Shown piece by piece: positions 1-11,830 of a stretch of 64,000 nt of DNA. The first letter of the stretch is position 1, and each line of letters opens with the position of its first letter. Location: NCBI RefSeq assembly GCF_026210795.1, contig NC_089433.1, positions 1,302,001-1,366,000 of the forward strand. The letters run 5' to 3'. The position numbers were made by a program, and so were the translations under genes. The stretch comes from Rhizophagus irregularis. Lineage: Eukaryota. The notes under the pieces were generated by a model that worked only from the letters and a program-made list of their open reading frames with translations, was not told where the DNA came from and made no database searches.

Positions 1-3000
1 TTTAGCACTGCGCGATGCATCTGTATTATCAAATACTCGAGTCATTTTAGGCACTAAACCCTGGAGATACAATATTGATTCAGGAGTACTTAAGCACTTT
101 TTGACATCATCAGATTTATATCGTGTCCTATCATCAATGTCTTTAGCAGGTGTATAGATCCTTAGTAATTCCAAGCAAATTCGATGCTTCTCAGCTCGAG
201 TAGCTATGATAAGTTTATCTTCTCTATAATCTTTGTGAATGATAGCCTCAACAGCTGTTTCATTGTTAATGCCAGCGTCTCGTAACTGTCTATAAGCTCT
301 GAACCATTTCATATGATTATAATTCCCATACTTCGATATGAATTCTTCGGTCAATGATTCAGGCGGAATCTTATAACATTCTACAATATGATGCCAGTCT
401 AAAGATCACATTTCCTCTAAAGTCTTCTTCAGCTTATTTTCCAAAACCTCAGCTATCTCATGATCAAGAATACGGGTATTTGAAATATCTGAAATTTCTT
501 CCATTTTAATGATAGATGAACTCACCTTTACTGTCTGGAATAATGATATCGTATTATCTTTAGGTTTAAAAATAAGTTCTATAATAGAAATTACTATACC
601 CGCATTTCGGAGAAAATCAACCATTCTCCAGCCAAATAAACGATGAGATCAAAATTTTTCTAACATATATGCGACCCATAAACGAATAGTTGGTACTTCC
701 TTATTCTGAATAATAGAGTCGATATCCGGAAATATTCCTCTATTCTGAAGCTCTTGGGGGAGACATTCACGTTTAGCATTCAACAACCATCGAAATAGCA
801 CTTCTTCTGTAATGGGAACATTAGACGATTTTTGCTCGATATGACATATATAATCTTTAATGCACCACATGCAAAATAACATCTGATTCGTTCTGGCGTT
901 TGTTTCTATATAGCTATTAAAGAGACAAAATGCTCGCTTAAAATTAGGATTAATGCAAGATAATCCTATTTTTAGAGTGCAACTAGGTCTACGGCTTTTC
1001 ATGCTTCTTCAACGTTACTGAAATCGTGAGCCTTTTCTACCGGATCAGATTTACCATATTCCTTAATCCGTAGTTCTGGAAAATCGGTCTTAAAAGCACG
1101 AACAATCCCTTACACATCCTTTTTGAGATGGCAAATAAGCGAAACGCTTTTCTGATTCTCAAAATGTAGTGAAGACATTTGTTTGGCCCAATTCCAGAGT
1201 TCAGCTAATACAGTTTCTTTATTGGGAGCCAAGCGGAATGTCTTACCTTCCTGTGGTTGATAAGTGTTATGGATAATTGAAAATACTCTATTCTTGCGAA
1301 GGGCCTTAATCCATTCAATGTTGAGGTCAGTTAAGTCATTGTCCATTACAATAATGCACCTCGCATCTTGTATTAATTTATATAATTTTTCTATCGATTG
1401 TCATGCCAAACAACTTTGTGCTTGAGCAATTATAGACACTATTTCATCAAGCCACAGGTCATAATGGATTGGAAGACATTTGCATTTTTTATTACATTTA
1501 CAATTATTGGTAATACGATGTAAGCTTTCTATCTGACATACTACCCTCTTATGATCAGGTAGATTTATATTACCATTGATATCGCAATATGACTTAAGAT
1601 TAAGCCTTGTAGTAACAGCGTTTGAGTAAAAATGGCGCGTGGATAATACTAGCAAATTTACATCATTAGGGATAGCCAAATTTTCAAGAATATAGGTTTT
1701 TCCTATTTCCCAAGGCGATCCCACATAAATATCGTCTTCATTGGGTAATGGTCTTACATACCTTTCATTATAAGTTTCTGTAGCCGTAAGGGTCTCACTA
1801 TATTTGACCCAAGATGGTATTTTTACAAAGGCTTTAGGGAAGCCCAGAGCCTTTACCTTATAGGAGGATTGTAGAGGATTTTTATTTTCTTGCTGAATTT
1901 TTTCTGCAATAGATGGGTCGCATTCAAAAACTTCCCCTGGTTCATCACTACATTGCCAGAAGCATTTTACAATGAATGTTCCACTGCTGGTATATACATG
2001 ACCGAACCACCACTGATCCTTGTCATGTATACGTTTACATAGTGAACATTCTAGTAAAGCTTTTCGGTTAAAATATACGAAGTTTTGCGAATCATTTTCC
2101 TCGATATTCCAATCCCTAAGATAGTTAGAATGCTTTTGTAAAACTAAGTTCGCACATTTTTGTAATATATTCCGACCCACAGATATTCTTAGTGAATTAT
2201 TATTTTTTTCTATGCTAAGCATTTGAGGACTTACTTCAAGTCCTAAGCTAGTAAGTGGTTGAACCCTAACGTGGTCGAACTCATTCCACCCATACATTAT
2301 CTAGTGAGAATTAAAGAATACGCTTTACATGACCTTTTTTTGCTGAACCGATAAGGCGAAGGTTAAAATTTTGACCAGGTAACCCTGATCAATATACTTG
2401 CCAAATTTTTCCCCAGTTAAGGTATATACTAATTCGGTAAATGCTTTGAGTTTTTGATGATCAATAAGAAGAGCCAGTGCATATAAAATATAGTAACTAC
2501 ACTTGCTAGGGTCTGACGATGTGGTGATTATTAATCCCTTTAGAATATCTTCCCAGTTACAATCAAGAATTTGATATAAAACTCTTATGAATGAGCAACA
2601 GATTCGGATGAATACACTACCAGATTTAACTCCATTTGATTCCATATCCCCCATCAGTAAGATCGATATCAATCACAGTCTAAATCAGCGCTTTTGACCA
2701 TTAATACATTCATGAATTCCTGGGTAAACCATATACTTCGGAAATGTCGTCTGCAACAGAAAACTTCAGAGCCCAATTAGCGTCTTGGTCAATTTTGATA
2801 ACCAATTTATTTTTCACTTCATCCCGATCATAAGCATTATATAAACTAGACCCCTTTTCATTCAAAAAGAGGAATGAATAGATTGGAAGGCAATCTAATA
2901 AGCCTTTATCATTTGACATATCTCTAAGCGGTGATGAAAGAATTTTCTGAATACTATTTAGCAGGTCCTTAGGAGTGAAGTTGTTATTAAACTTTTCTTG

Positions 3001-3201
3001 TCTTGGTAACGGAAATGATGGAGCCACGGTAGTGCTGGTTGAAGCGCAGAAAACTTCTTCACTATCTGATTCGCAATTGGATTCATGGTTATTATAATCA
3101 TCTGATCCGCAATCAGATTCATCATTATAGCTATCTGAGTCGCTCAAGTATTTATTGGGGCCAGCGCCGTCATAGCGGGCAGTTCGGTGAAAGGACAGCA
3201 A
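1..3201 (-). pseudogene. Disrupted AEP (PrimPol/NCLDV-herpes-type) primase + Zn finger + UL9-like origin-binding SF2 helicase fusion; runs off the left end of the window
   Basis: Consecutive minus-strand ORFs (2710-3201, 2325-2672, 1401-2297, 1110-1346, 649-1002, 406-624 and an open frame to base 1) join across frameshifts and stops. They give AEP-like motifs HECING..VIDID, SYY(H)IL and YIDQGLPGQNFNLRL; a Zn finger CSLCKRIH...C; Walker A GSPWEIGKT; LVLSTR; VVCQIESLHRI; and Walker B WLDEIVS, matching UL9-family helicase motifs. No introns are apparent. Confidence 0.8.
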
Positions 3202-3344
3202 TTGAAAAATAGTTCGCGATTTAGATTGACGTTAGTTCGAAAAGTTATACTATCTCTATAAAATTTAGAAATGTTTAATTTATTTTTTTGGTGGTTGCAA
3301 AAAGAGATGTATAGCAAACTAGTAAGCAAAACAAAAATAAAAGG

Positions 3345-5250
3345 CAAGCGGATGGTATCTGAAAAAGTGTAGTCTTCTTCGTAATCTATTATATAAAAAT
3401 TGGAAGAAGACTACACTTTTCTAGATATATACTCAGGTATATGTAAACACTTAGTGTAACCTTCTGCGTAATCATTATATAAAATATTGGCAGAAGGCTA
3501 CACTTTTCTAGATATGTACTCAGGTATATGTGGGTATAGCCTCCGCGGACTTATCTTACCTAGATATATACCTGGATATAATATGAAAGCTTCTTCGGAA
3601 ATATTAGCACTTGGCTTCTCTATCACTAGTATGAATTTGGGTAAGTGGTATATTTCCTTTGGCTCAAATATGGCTAAAAACATGCCAGAAATACAATATA
3701 AATGCGCTTAAATATTTCAAACTTTGGGACGCGAAATCATCATACCTGGAAGAAGACTACCTTAATACTAGTATGTATCCGGGTATATGTGGGTATAAAG
3801 CTCCGAACGGTTCGGGCTAAACCGGGGAACCGATCCGAAACTGGCTCAAAATTCGGTTCGGTTCGGTTCGGGTATTAGAACCGAAAAACTGGCGGTTCGA
3901 TTCGGTTTAATCCGATTTTTATAAAAATGCGAAAAATCGAATAGCCGGCCATCTAGTGATCATACAAGGTCGAGCCATATATCATTGGATTTGTCTCGAC
4001 GAGACGCATCGAATGGTGGTAAAATCATGTCTTTAGCATCGATAGATCACACGTTAACCCACGCTAAATTATTTATAAATAATTGGAATTAGCAAGCTAT
4101 CTATCGGTGCTAGAGACATGATCTTAGCACCATTCGACGCGTCTCAGTGAGACGAATCCAATGAATATAAATTCGTTCGTGTACGACCACTGGATGGCGA
4201 ATAATATCAAGTTTCGCATTTTTTTGAAATGTTAGAGCGTTAAAAATTAGAAATTCCGATACATGAATTTATTCGTCGTCCAATGGTCGTACAAATATGA
4301 TTTAGGACTCATTGGATTCGTCTCGATGAGACGAGTCGAATGGTGGTAAGATCATGTCTCTAGCACCGATAGATAGCTTGCTAATGCCAAATATTTATAA
4401 ATCATTTAGCGTGAATTAACTTACGATCTATTGATGCTAGAGACATGATCTTACCACCATTCGACTCGTCTCATTGAGACGAATCCAATGAGTCCTAATT
4501 CATATTTGTATGACCATTGGACGACGAATAAATTACTGTATCGGAATTTCTAATTTTTAACGCTCTAAAATTTCAAAAAAATGCGAAACTTGATATTATT
4601 CGCCATCCAGTGGTCGTACACGAACGAATTTATATTCATTGGATTCGTCTCACTGAGACGCGTCGAATGGTGCTAATATCATGTCTCTAGCACCGATAGA
4701 TAGCTTTCTAATTCCAATTATTTATAAATCATTTAGCGTGGGTTAACGTGTGATCTATCGATGCTAGAGACATGATCTTACCACCATTCGACGCGTCTCG
4801 TCGAGAAGAATCCAATGATATATGGCTCGACTTTGTACGATCACTAGATGGCCGGCTATTCGATTTTTCGCATTTTTATAAAAATCGGATTAAACCGAAC
4901 CGAACCGCCAGTTTTTCGTTTCGGTTCTTACGGATTTTGGCTCTAATCCAAACCGTCTATAATCCGGACCAAACCGACCCGTTCAGAGCTTTATGTGGGT
5001 ATTTAGAGTAAGCTAGTATGGATCCGGATATATACGACAAATATTGGATATTTAGACCTGGGTAGCAAATCATAAATGAAAGGGAAGCAGATATGTATCT
5101 GAAAAAATGAAGCCTTCTGCGGAATTATATTATATTAAAAATGGCAGAAGGCTTCACTTTTCTAGTCATGTACTCGGGTATGATATGACAACTAGGGTAG
5201 TCTTCTTCAAAATTATATAATATAAAAATGGAAAAAGACTACTCTATCAC
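3345..5250. repeat. Array of inverted-repeat units flanking AT-rich spacers, upstream of the primase-helicase gene and split by the element at 3796-4993
   Basis: AAAAGTGTAGTCTTCTTC (3363-3380) / GAAGAAGACTACACTTTT (3403-3420); AGTGTAACCTTCTGC (3453-3467) / GCAGAAGGCTACACT (3490-3504); TGAAGCCTTCTGC (5108-5120) / GCAGAAGGCTTCA (5144-5156); TAGGGTAGTCTTCTTC (5193-5208) / GAAAAAGACTACTCTA (5231-5246). Each pair has a 22-23 nt spacer rich in TATTATATAAAA. Confidence 0.8.
3796..4993. mobile_element. Non-autonomous foldback (palindromic) DNA transposon, hAT-like
   Basis: Termini TAAAGCTCCGAACGG ... CCGTTCAGAGCTTTA; exact 8-bp TSD TGTGGGTA (3788-3795 and 4994-5001); ~490-bp inverted arms (~3883-4372 vs ~4428-4918); subterminal GGTTC pentamers. 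Confidence 0.9.
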
Positions 5251-5807
5251 TAGTGACGCTCAAAAAAAAATAGCATACACACCGCCTCGACCCAGTTTAG
5301 ACTATGATCAGGTCTCAGAAGTGCTTATAACATCCCGCCAATATACTGGTAACAAATAGGATTGCAGGATGACGCATTTTTTAACAATCAAATAGACCGG
5401 CTATGATACTGGCTTCGATCTCTCAAATCATGTGCCTAAAAATCGGCTGGCACATCCCAGTAGTCAAATAACTCGGTCATGGTCCCTCAAAAGTTGCGAG
5501 AAAGTTATGAGAAAGTGCCAGGAAAGTGCCTGGAACTTAAGGCGCAATAAAGTTTTGTTTAATTTTGGCCAGTACTATTCCATAATTTCAGCTAGAACTT
5601 TGGATATAATAACTCGGCATTCAAACTGGCCTGAAACTAGCAAACTAATAGAAACACTCAGGTTTCTTGCCAGCCAGTTCCATGACAGCACCGGGATACT
5701 ATCAGGTCACTATCATGGAGCCAAGTTGACATGCTCTAAATATCGGCCAGAATTAAGACATAGTGTTGGCCAAAATTAATCACGAATTTACATCAAAATA
5801 CGGCGCC

Positions 5808-7886
5808 TAGTGTTCCGAAAAAAAACCGATCTGATTCGTATCCGCGGATCTGATCTGAAACGGATCGGATCAGATCAGCTTTTTTATGATCCGTGATCCG
5901 ATCTGAATCAAAAAAATTTGATCTGTTTTGGATCGAATCGAATCGGATCAGTTATTCATTCAAATCGGATCAGATCAGATCAGATTCGAACGGATTCGGA
6001 TCGGATTTGGATTGGATCCAAATCTTAGAAAATAAAAAACGTTTTTGCGCAATGTTTTTTATTAAGACAATTAAAAACCGTTGCGAAATGGTTCTTTTTA
6101 GTTAAATAAACCGTTTCGCAACGATTTATATTAAAATCATTAAAAAACTGTTGCGAAACGGTTTTTTTTAGTTAAATAAACCGTTTCGCAACGGTTTTTT
6201 TTAGTTAAATAAACCGTTTCGCAACGGTTTTTTTTAGTTAAATAAACCGTTTCGCAACGGTTTTTATTAAAATAATTTAAAAAACCGTTGCGAAACGGTT
6301 CTTTTTAGTTAAATAAACCGTTTCGCAACGGTTTTTTTTAGTTAAATAAACCGTTTCGCAACGGTTTTTATTAAAATAATTTAAAAAACCGTTGCGAAAC
6401 GGTTCTTTTTAGTTAAATAAACCGTTTCGCAACGGTTTATATTAAAATTGTTAAAAAAACCGTTGCGAAATGGTTATTTTTAGTTAAATAAACCGTTTCG
6501 CAACGGTTTATATTAAAATAATTTAAAAACCATTGCGAAATAGTTATTTTAAGTTAAATAAACCGTTTCGCAACGGTTATTTTAAATTAAATAAACCGTT
6601 TCGCAACGGTTTATATTAAACTCATTAAAAGAAACCGTTGCGAAACGGTTCTTTTTAGTTAAATAAACCGTTTCGCAACGGTTTATATTAAAATTGTTAA
6701 AAAAACCGTTGCGAAACGGTTATTTTTAGTTAAATAAACCATTTCGCAACGGTTATTTTTAGTTAAATAAACCGTTTCGCAATGGTTTATATTAAAATAA
6801 TTTAAAAACCGTTGCGAAATGGTTATTTTAAGTTAAATAAACCATTTCACAACGGTTTATATTAAAATAATTTAAAAAACCGTTGCGAAACGGTTCTTTT
6901 TAGTAAATAAACCATTTCACAACGGTTTTCATTAAAATTATTTAAAAATCGTTGTGAAACGGTTATTTTAAGTTAAATAAACCGTTTCGCAACGGTTTAT
7001 ATTAAAATTGTTAAAAAAACCGTTGCGAAATGGTTCTTTTTTGTTAAATAAACCGTTTCGCAACGGTTTTTATTAAAATTATTTAAAAACCATTGCGAAA
7101 CAGTTATTTTAAGTTAAATAAACCATTTCGCAACGGTTTATATTAAACTCATTAAAAGAAACCGTTGCGAAATGGTTCTTTTTAGTTAAATAAACCGTTT
7201 CGCAACAGTTTATATTAAACGCATTAAAAGAAACCATTGCGAAACGGTTCTTTTTAGTTAAATAAACTGTTTCGCAACGGTTTATATTAAAATCATTGAA
7301 AAACTGTTGCGAAACGGTTCTTTTTAGTTAAATAAACCGTTTCGCAACGGTTTTTATTAAACCAATTTAAAAAACCATTGCGAAATGGTTATTTTTAGTT
7401 AAATAAACCGTTTCGCAACGGTTTATACTAAAATAATTTAAAAAACCGTTGCGAAACGGTTCTTTTTAGTTAAATAAACCGTTTCGCAATGGTTTATATT
7501 AAATTCGTTAAAAAACTGTTTCGCAACGGTTTTTTTTCAAATAAAAAATGTTTCGCAACAGTTTTTTTTCAAATAAAAAATGTTTCGCAACGGTTTTTTT
7601 TCAAATAAAAAACGTTTCGCAACGTTTTTTATTAAATAAATCTTTAAAAAAACGTTGCGAAATGTTTTTTTAATTTCTGATTCGGATCGGATTCGGATCG
7701 GATCGGTTTTATCCGAATTGGATTCAGACCGAATCGAATCAAGCTTATTTTGGATTCGGATCGGATCGGATCCAATTATTTTTGATCCGAATTCAGATCG
7801 GATCGGATCCAACTTTTTTTGATCCGAATTCGGATAAGATCGGATTCATCTCAAATCCGATCTGATTCGATCCGTTCGGAACACTA
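5808..7886. mobile_element. Non-autonomous hAT-like element containing an internal palindromic satellite
   Basis: 12-bp TIR TAGTGTTCCGAA / TTCGGAACACTA; flanks ACGGCGCC and ACTGCGTC (6/8 match, a decayed 8-bp TSD); subterminal GGATC/GATCC pentamer arrays at ~5825-6020 and ~7678-7875. Confidence 0.8.
6036..7670. repeat. Satellite of roughly 50 imperfect palindromes AAACCGTTTCGCAACGGTTT in both orientations with short AT-rich linkers
   Basis: Directly visible. The period is ~29-33 bp with recurring linkers (TTTAGTTAAAT, ATATTAAAATAATTT). Confidence 0.95.
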
Positions 7887-8129
7887 ACTGCGTCACCCGT
7901 CACTTTTTTACACTATTTCGGCATTTAGAAAGGCAACCAAATAGGCGTGAATTCTTAATAAAGAATTAGTATCCAAACTAACATAGAAGGCTGACATCCT
8001 CATTATAGAACTAGGTATTCAAAGAAGACTAGAAAGCCAGAACCAACAATATAGATTTTATTATGTAAACGGATTAGGAACAAGAAGAAAGCAGTCACTA
8101 TTAGATCATGACATCACCATTAAAATAAA

Positions 8130-8460
8130 GCACTACCAGTTACCATTAGACTATGAAGTTATCACTATATTATACAGGAAACAGTTGAAACAATGTTATA
8201 AACGTAAAGGAGCTACCCATAAGTAGGTTATAAAGTTCCTACCAGATTATGAATAATAGGTTATGAAGTTACCACTAGATTATGAAATTAGATTATGAAG
8301 TTACCATTATATTATGAAGTTACTGGTAGACTATGAAGTTACCTATAGATTATGGAAGTACGGTAGACTATTGAAGTTACCTATAGACATGAAGTTGCAT
8401 TTACATAACTAGACACGGTAAAAACTTCATAATATAATTATATCATGAAGTTACCAGCGA
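8130..8460. repeat. Degenerate ~20-bp minisatellite (TAGA(T/C)TATGAAGTTACC)
   Basis: About ten diverged copies of TATGAAGTTAC are visible. Confidence 0.7.
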
Positions 8461-8941
8461 CTCGCGCAATTATATAGATTCAGTAATACATGTCTTAATT
8501 GACAACTTTTAGTAATTCTTATTAATATAAATAGACAAATAAGAAATAGAAAATCAATGTAATACATGTAATACATTAAATTAAATTGAGTATTTTGGTA
8601 TCTATTTCACGTAAAAATCACGTGAGTACATTTATAGAAAATTACACTATATAATTGAATTAAAAAAATTATTACATGTGTAGAATATGAAGGGTGTGCA
8701 TTTAGCATTAAGTCCCAAGTTGGAACCAGGCAAAAGGATGCATTTGTAGAGGGTGTGCATTTATAGAGGGTGCATTTATACAGAGTTGACTGTATTATAC
8801 TAACAAAACAATATTCAGGTATAGATATTTTTTCAGTCAGTTAATATTTTACACCCTTTTTTTTCATGATTATTCAGAAGAAGTGATGCTAATTCTGAAG
8901 TAATTTTTATTGATTTGCAAGAGGATTAGCAGAATGATAAA

Positions 8942-9223
8942 ATGTGGCATTTTCTTTTTTATATTTCAGATGGAATTTCCTACATGAATAGAAATTCACT
9001 CAATATTCGTTTTGTTGAGATTACTTTGGAAGAAGATTCGAAAGATGAAAAGGAATTATGTAAAAATGTAAAGCAAATGATGGAAATTATTGTTGGGTTA
9101 TTGAGAGAAAAAAGGGTAGATATTGAAAATGAGCTTAAGAATAAAAAGGTTAGGGACTTAGGGTCCAAGAATACCTTAGAAAAAATAATTATAGCGTTAT
9201 TCTGTAATCATATATTAACATAG
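8942..9223 (+). pseudogene. Isolated C-terminal fragment of a repetitive Glomeromycota protein family (Crinkler-associated/nuclease-like)
   Basis: WHFLFY..DGIS...SLNIRFVE..LEEDS.DEKEL.KNVK..MEIIVGLL resembles the C-terminus of an expanded AM-fungal family as I recall it; no upstream exons recognised. Confidence 0.4.
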
Positions 9224-9358
9224 AAAATTCATCATATATCACAGGCAAAGTCTCAAACTTTGTATTTATTTTTATCTCTGTATTAATAAAGCAAGTTTTT
9301 ACATTTGCTACACAACATTAAATAATTCCTGTCTTATATAAAAATATTATTATCAGAT

Positions 9359-9970
9359 ATGCAACCTGAAATTGATTCATTATAACAAGAAAAAGTTAAG
9401 TTTTGGTTAAGAATATCAAGCTTGAAACTGAGTATGCTAAGCTTAAGGCTAAAAATGTTAAGTATATTAAGCTTAAAACTAAGATTGCTAAGTTTGAGGC
9501 AGAAGAATATGCTGAAAATGAGGCAAATATAGCAAAACTTAAAAATGGTTTGCAATATATATTCAATCCTTTTTGAGCGCATTGAGGTTGCAATTCATAA
9601 GCTTAAGACTAGGAATGCAAAAATAAAAAGAAATTAGAATTTAAGAAAAATCAAAAATTTCAGTTAAGATGTATCCAAATAGCTAAGAAAATTCTTAATG
9701 AGCAGCCAATAATCAAATATCATCCTTCTTTCTTGAATGGATTAGAGCTTGATGTAATCTTTTAAAAATATCGAATCGCATTGAAGGTGCAAAAGGCTTA
9801 GTATTGGCTTTATAGCACTAGCTGGTATCGTGATCAGTTAAAAAGATGCATATGTCAAGATAATGGAATTTTTTTTCTTGAAGTATGGTATGATTAAAAA
9901 CATGATGTTATTATTTCTGAAAGATTAAGGAATTCATTGATCAAACATCTAAAAGATTTGATCTCTTGTA
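9359..9970 (+). pseudogene. Degenerate coiled-coil + Vsr/DUF559-like restriction-fold nuclease
   Basis: ATG at 9359 (MQPEIDSL), then heptad-like repeats, then IIKYHPSFLNGLELDVIF*KYRIALKVQ and RDQLKRCICQDNGIFFLEVWYD; several stops and deletions. Confidence 0.6.
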
Positions 9971-10611
9971 ATCAATAACTTATAATACATGTAATTTTAT
10001 ATTTAAATTGTTACAAAATTAGAACAGATTAGTATTCATGGACCTTTAGCTCAAATCAGTCTCTTATTTTTTCCATACCTTATCTCTTAATGAGGCATTA
10101 GAAACGTATTCTGAGAACTAACTGTAGAAATATAAATAATTATTGTCTAATAATTATCTAACGCGATATATAGTATGAGTATTCAAACCAAGTGAAAAAA
10201 GGACTACCTGAAGTGCTATTTTGTGTTTAGGCAAAAATTTTTTGTACAGTATTCAAACTGATTAAATATAAATAGAAATCATAAAATATGTCAAATTGCC
10301 TTTATCTTATTAAACCTTTTACCAGTACCTTTATACAACGAAAAATTATTTGGAAGATCAATCAAACTTTCTAAATGCATGGTTATATTTTCATATACAA
10401 GTTTCAAGAGCAATTTTTACTTTATACATAATGCCAATTCTACTGTAAACTGTATAAATGATCTTCACATGATCATATAAACTGCGCAAGGGTGCTAAAT
10501 AATAATATTATTAGTGTTCCTCATGAGTCATGAGTCAAGTTAAGTCAAGTTTTAAATCAATTTTTTATATAATAAAATTTGTCTTACACTAATTTTTATA
10601 ATACTTTAACC

Positions 10612-11014
10612 TATACATGTTGCCGAAATATTTCGGCTATTTCGCCCACATGACAAACTCTTCAAAGCAAAATCATCTGATTTCATAGATCTGGCTGAAA
10701 TTAGGCTTCAAATAGGTTAATCCGGGTCTGAAGAACCTATGAAAGAACTTTTGAGGAATTTCGACCAACTTACATAATTTCGGCAGGGCTCTGGAATTTC
10801 GGACAACCTATATTTAATATATGGCCAAAACTTTAAAGTCCGATTCGAAATTATTACAGATTATGCCGAAATTTTCTGAAGTCTGCTAAAAGTTGCTGCA
10901 GATCTGGCCCAAATTATCTGAGGTTTAAAAAAATTTATTGATATATCTACAAGTAGCTATATTTTGGAGCCGAAATGCGGCCGAAATTGAAAAAAAGTTT
11001 CGGCAACATGTATA
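10612..11014. mobile_element. MITE (403 bp), hAT-like
   Basis: Perfect 17-bp TIR TATACATGTTGCCGAAA; exact 8-bp TSD CTTTAACC (10604-10611, 11015-11022); internal CCGAAA/TTTCGG motifs. Confidence 0.9.
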
Positions 11015-11244
11015 CTTTAACCATATGGGCCGATCCTTGGAATCTAATTTTTTTACACAAAAATAATTTTATTAAAGCAAATATAAATTATCATTTATAT
11101 AAGAATAATAAATTTATACCAGATAATGCAAAAAAAACTAATTAATTATATAATTTTTAATTTTTTTTTAATATAAGATATCATTAAAATTTAAAAGATC
11201 AAATATAACTCTCATGACAAAATCATTGATAATTCTTCGTAGAA

Positions 11245-11830
11245 ATAAGCTATACAAATAAATTTACATTCATTTGAAAGAGAAAATCGAGATCTATCTA
11301 ATGAATCTAAAATCAAGTGAATTGAATCACTAGCTGTTCAGTAATCACGTTCAGTATATTATTGAATTTTATCTAAATTTGATCATTAATTACTTCACAT
11401 ATAGTGATTCAATTTGAATGATCTTTGCTCCCTAAGGTGATGCCAACTTTTATCTTTAAAATAAATTTAAAATAATTCGTTTAATATATGTAGATGTTTA
11501 GGAATCATCAATTATATTATTAATATAAAATTTTATAAATTTGATAAAATCTGATATAAAAAAATTTATTAAATACCTGTAGATGCAAGCTACACGAATG
11601 AAATTATATTCATTTGAAAGAGAAAATTGAGGTTTATCTAATAAGCCTAAAATGGAATGAATTGAATCACTGGATTGTGAATAATTACGTCTAATATATT
11701 TATTTTTAATTTTTAAATTTGATTTGACTTTGATCGTTAATTACGCCTCATCCAGTGATCCAATTTTCCTGATCTTTGATTCTTACGATAGAGCAAATTC
11801 TCAGCTTTCAAATGAATGTAAAATGATGAC
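11245..11830. repeat. Diverged direct duplication (~11245-11460 vs ~11585-11820), probably decayed exons of a minus-strand gene
   Basis: Shared CATTTGAAAGAGAAAAT..GAG..TATCTAAT....CTAAAAT....TGAATTGAATCACT and further colinear matches; stops in the minus-strand frame. Confidence 0.55.

Noticed and set aside
6036..7670. CRISPR-like look of palindromic repeats with linkers
   Set aside because: The linkers are only ~10-15 bp and are themselves repetitive, repeat orientation switches, there are no cas genes, and the context is eukaryotic and TIR-bounded.
6036..7670. Resemblance of CGTTTCGCAAC to the HSV UL9 box (CGTTCGCACT) near a UL9-like gene
   Set aside because: Short imperfect match, and the array lies in an independently inserted element with its own TIRs; probably coincidence.
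4772..7812. ORFs 4772-5011, 5432-5779, 5893-6105 and 7537-7812
   Set aside because: They arise from repeat or palindromic DNA and show no protein-like motifs.
8690..8794. Possible pogo/Tc1 MITE right end (...GAGTTGACTG|TA) with GGGTG(TG)CATTT repeats
   Set aside because: No matching left TIR found in the window.
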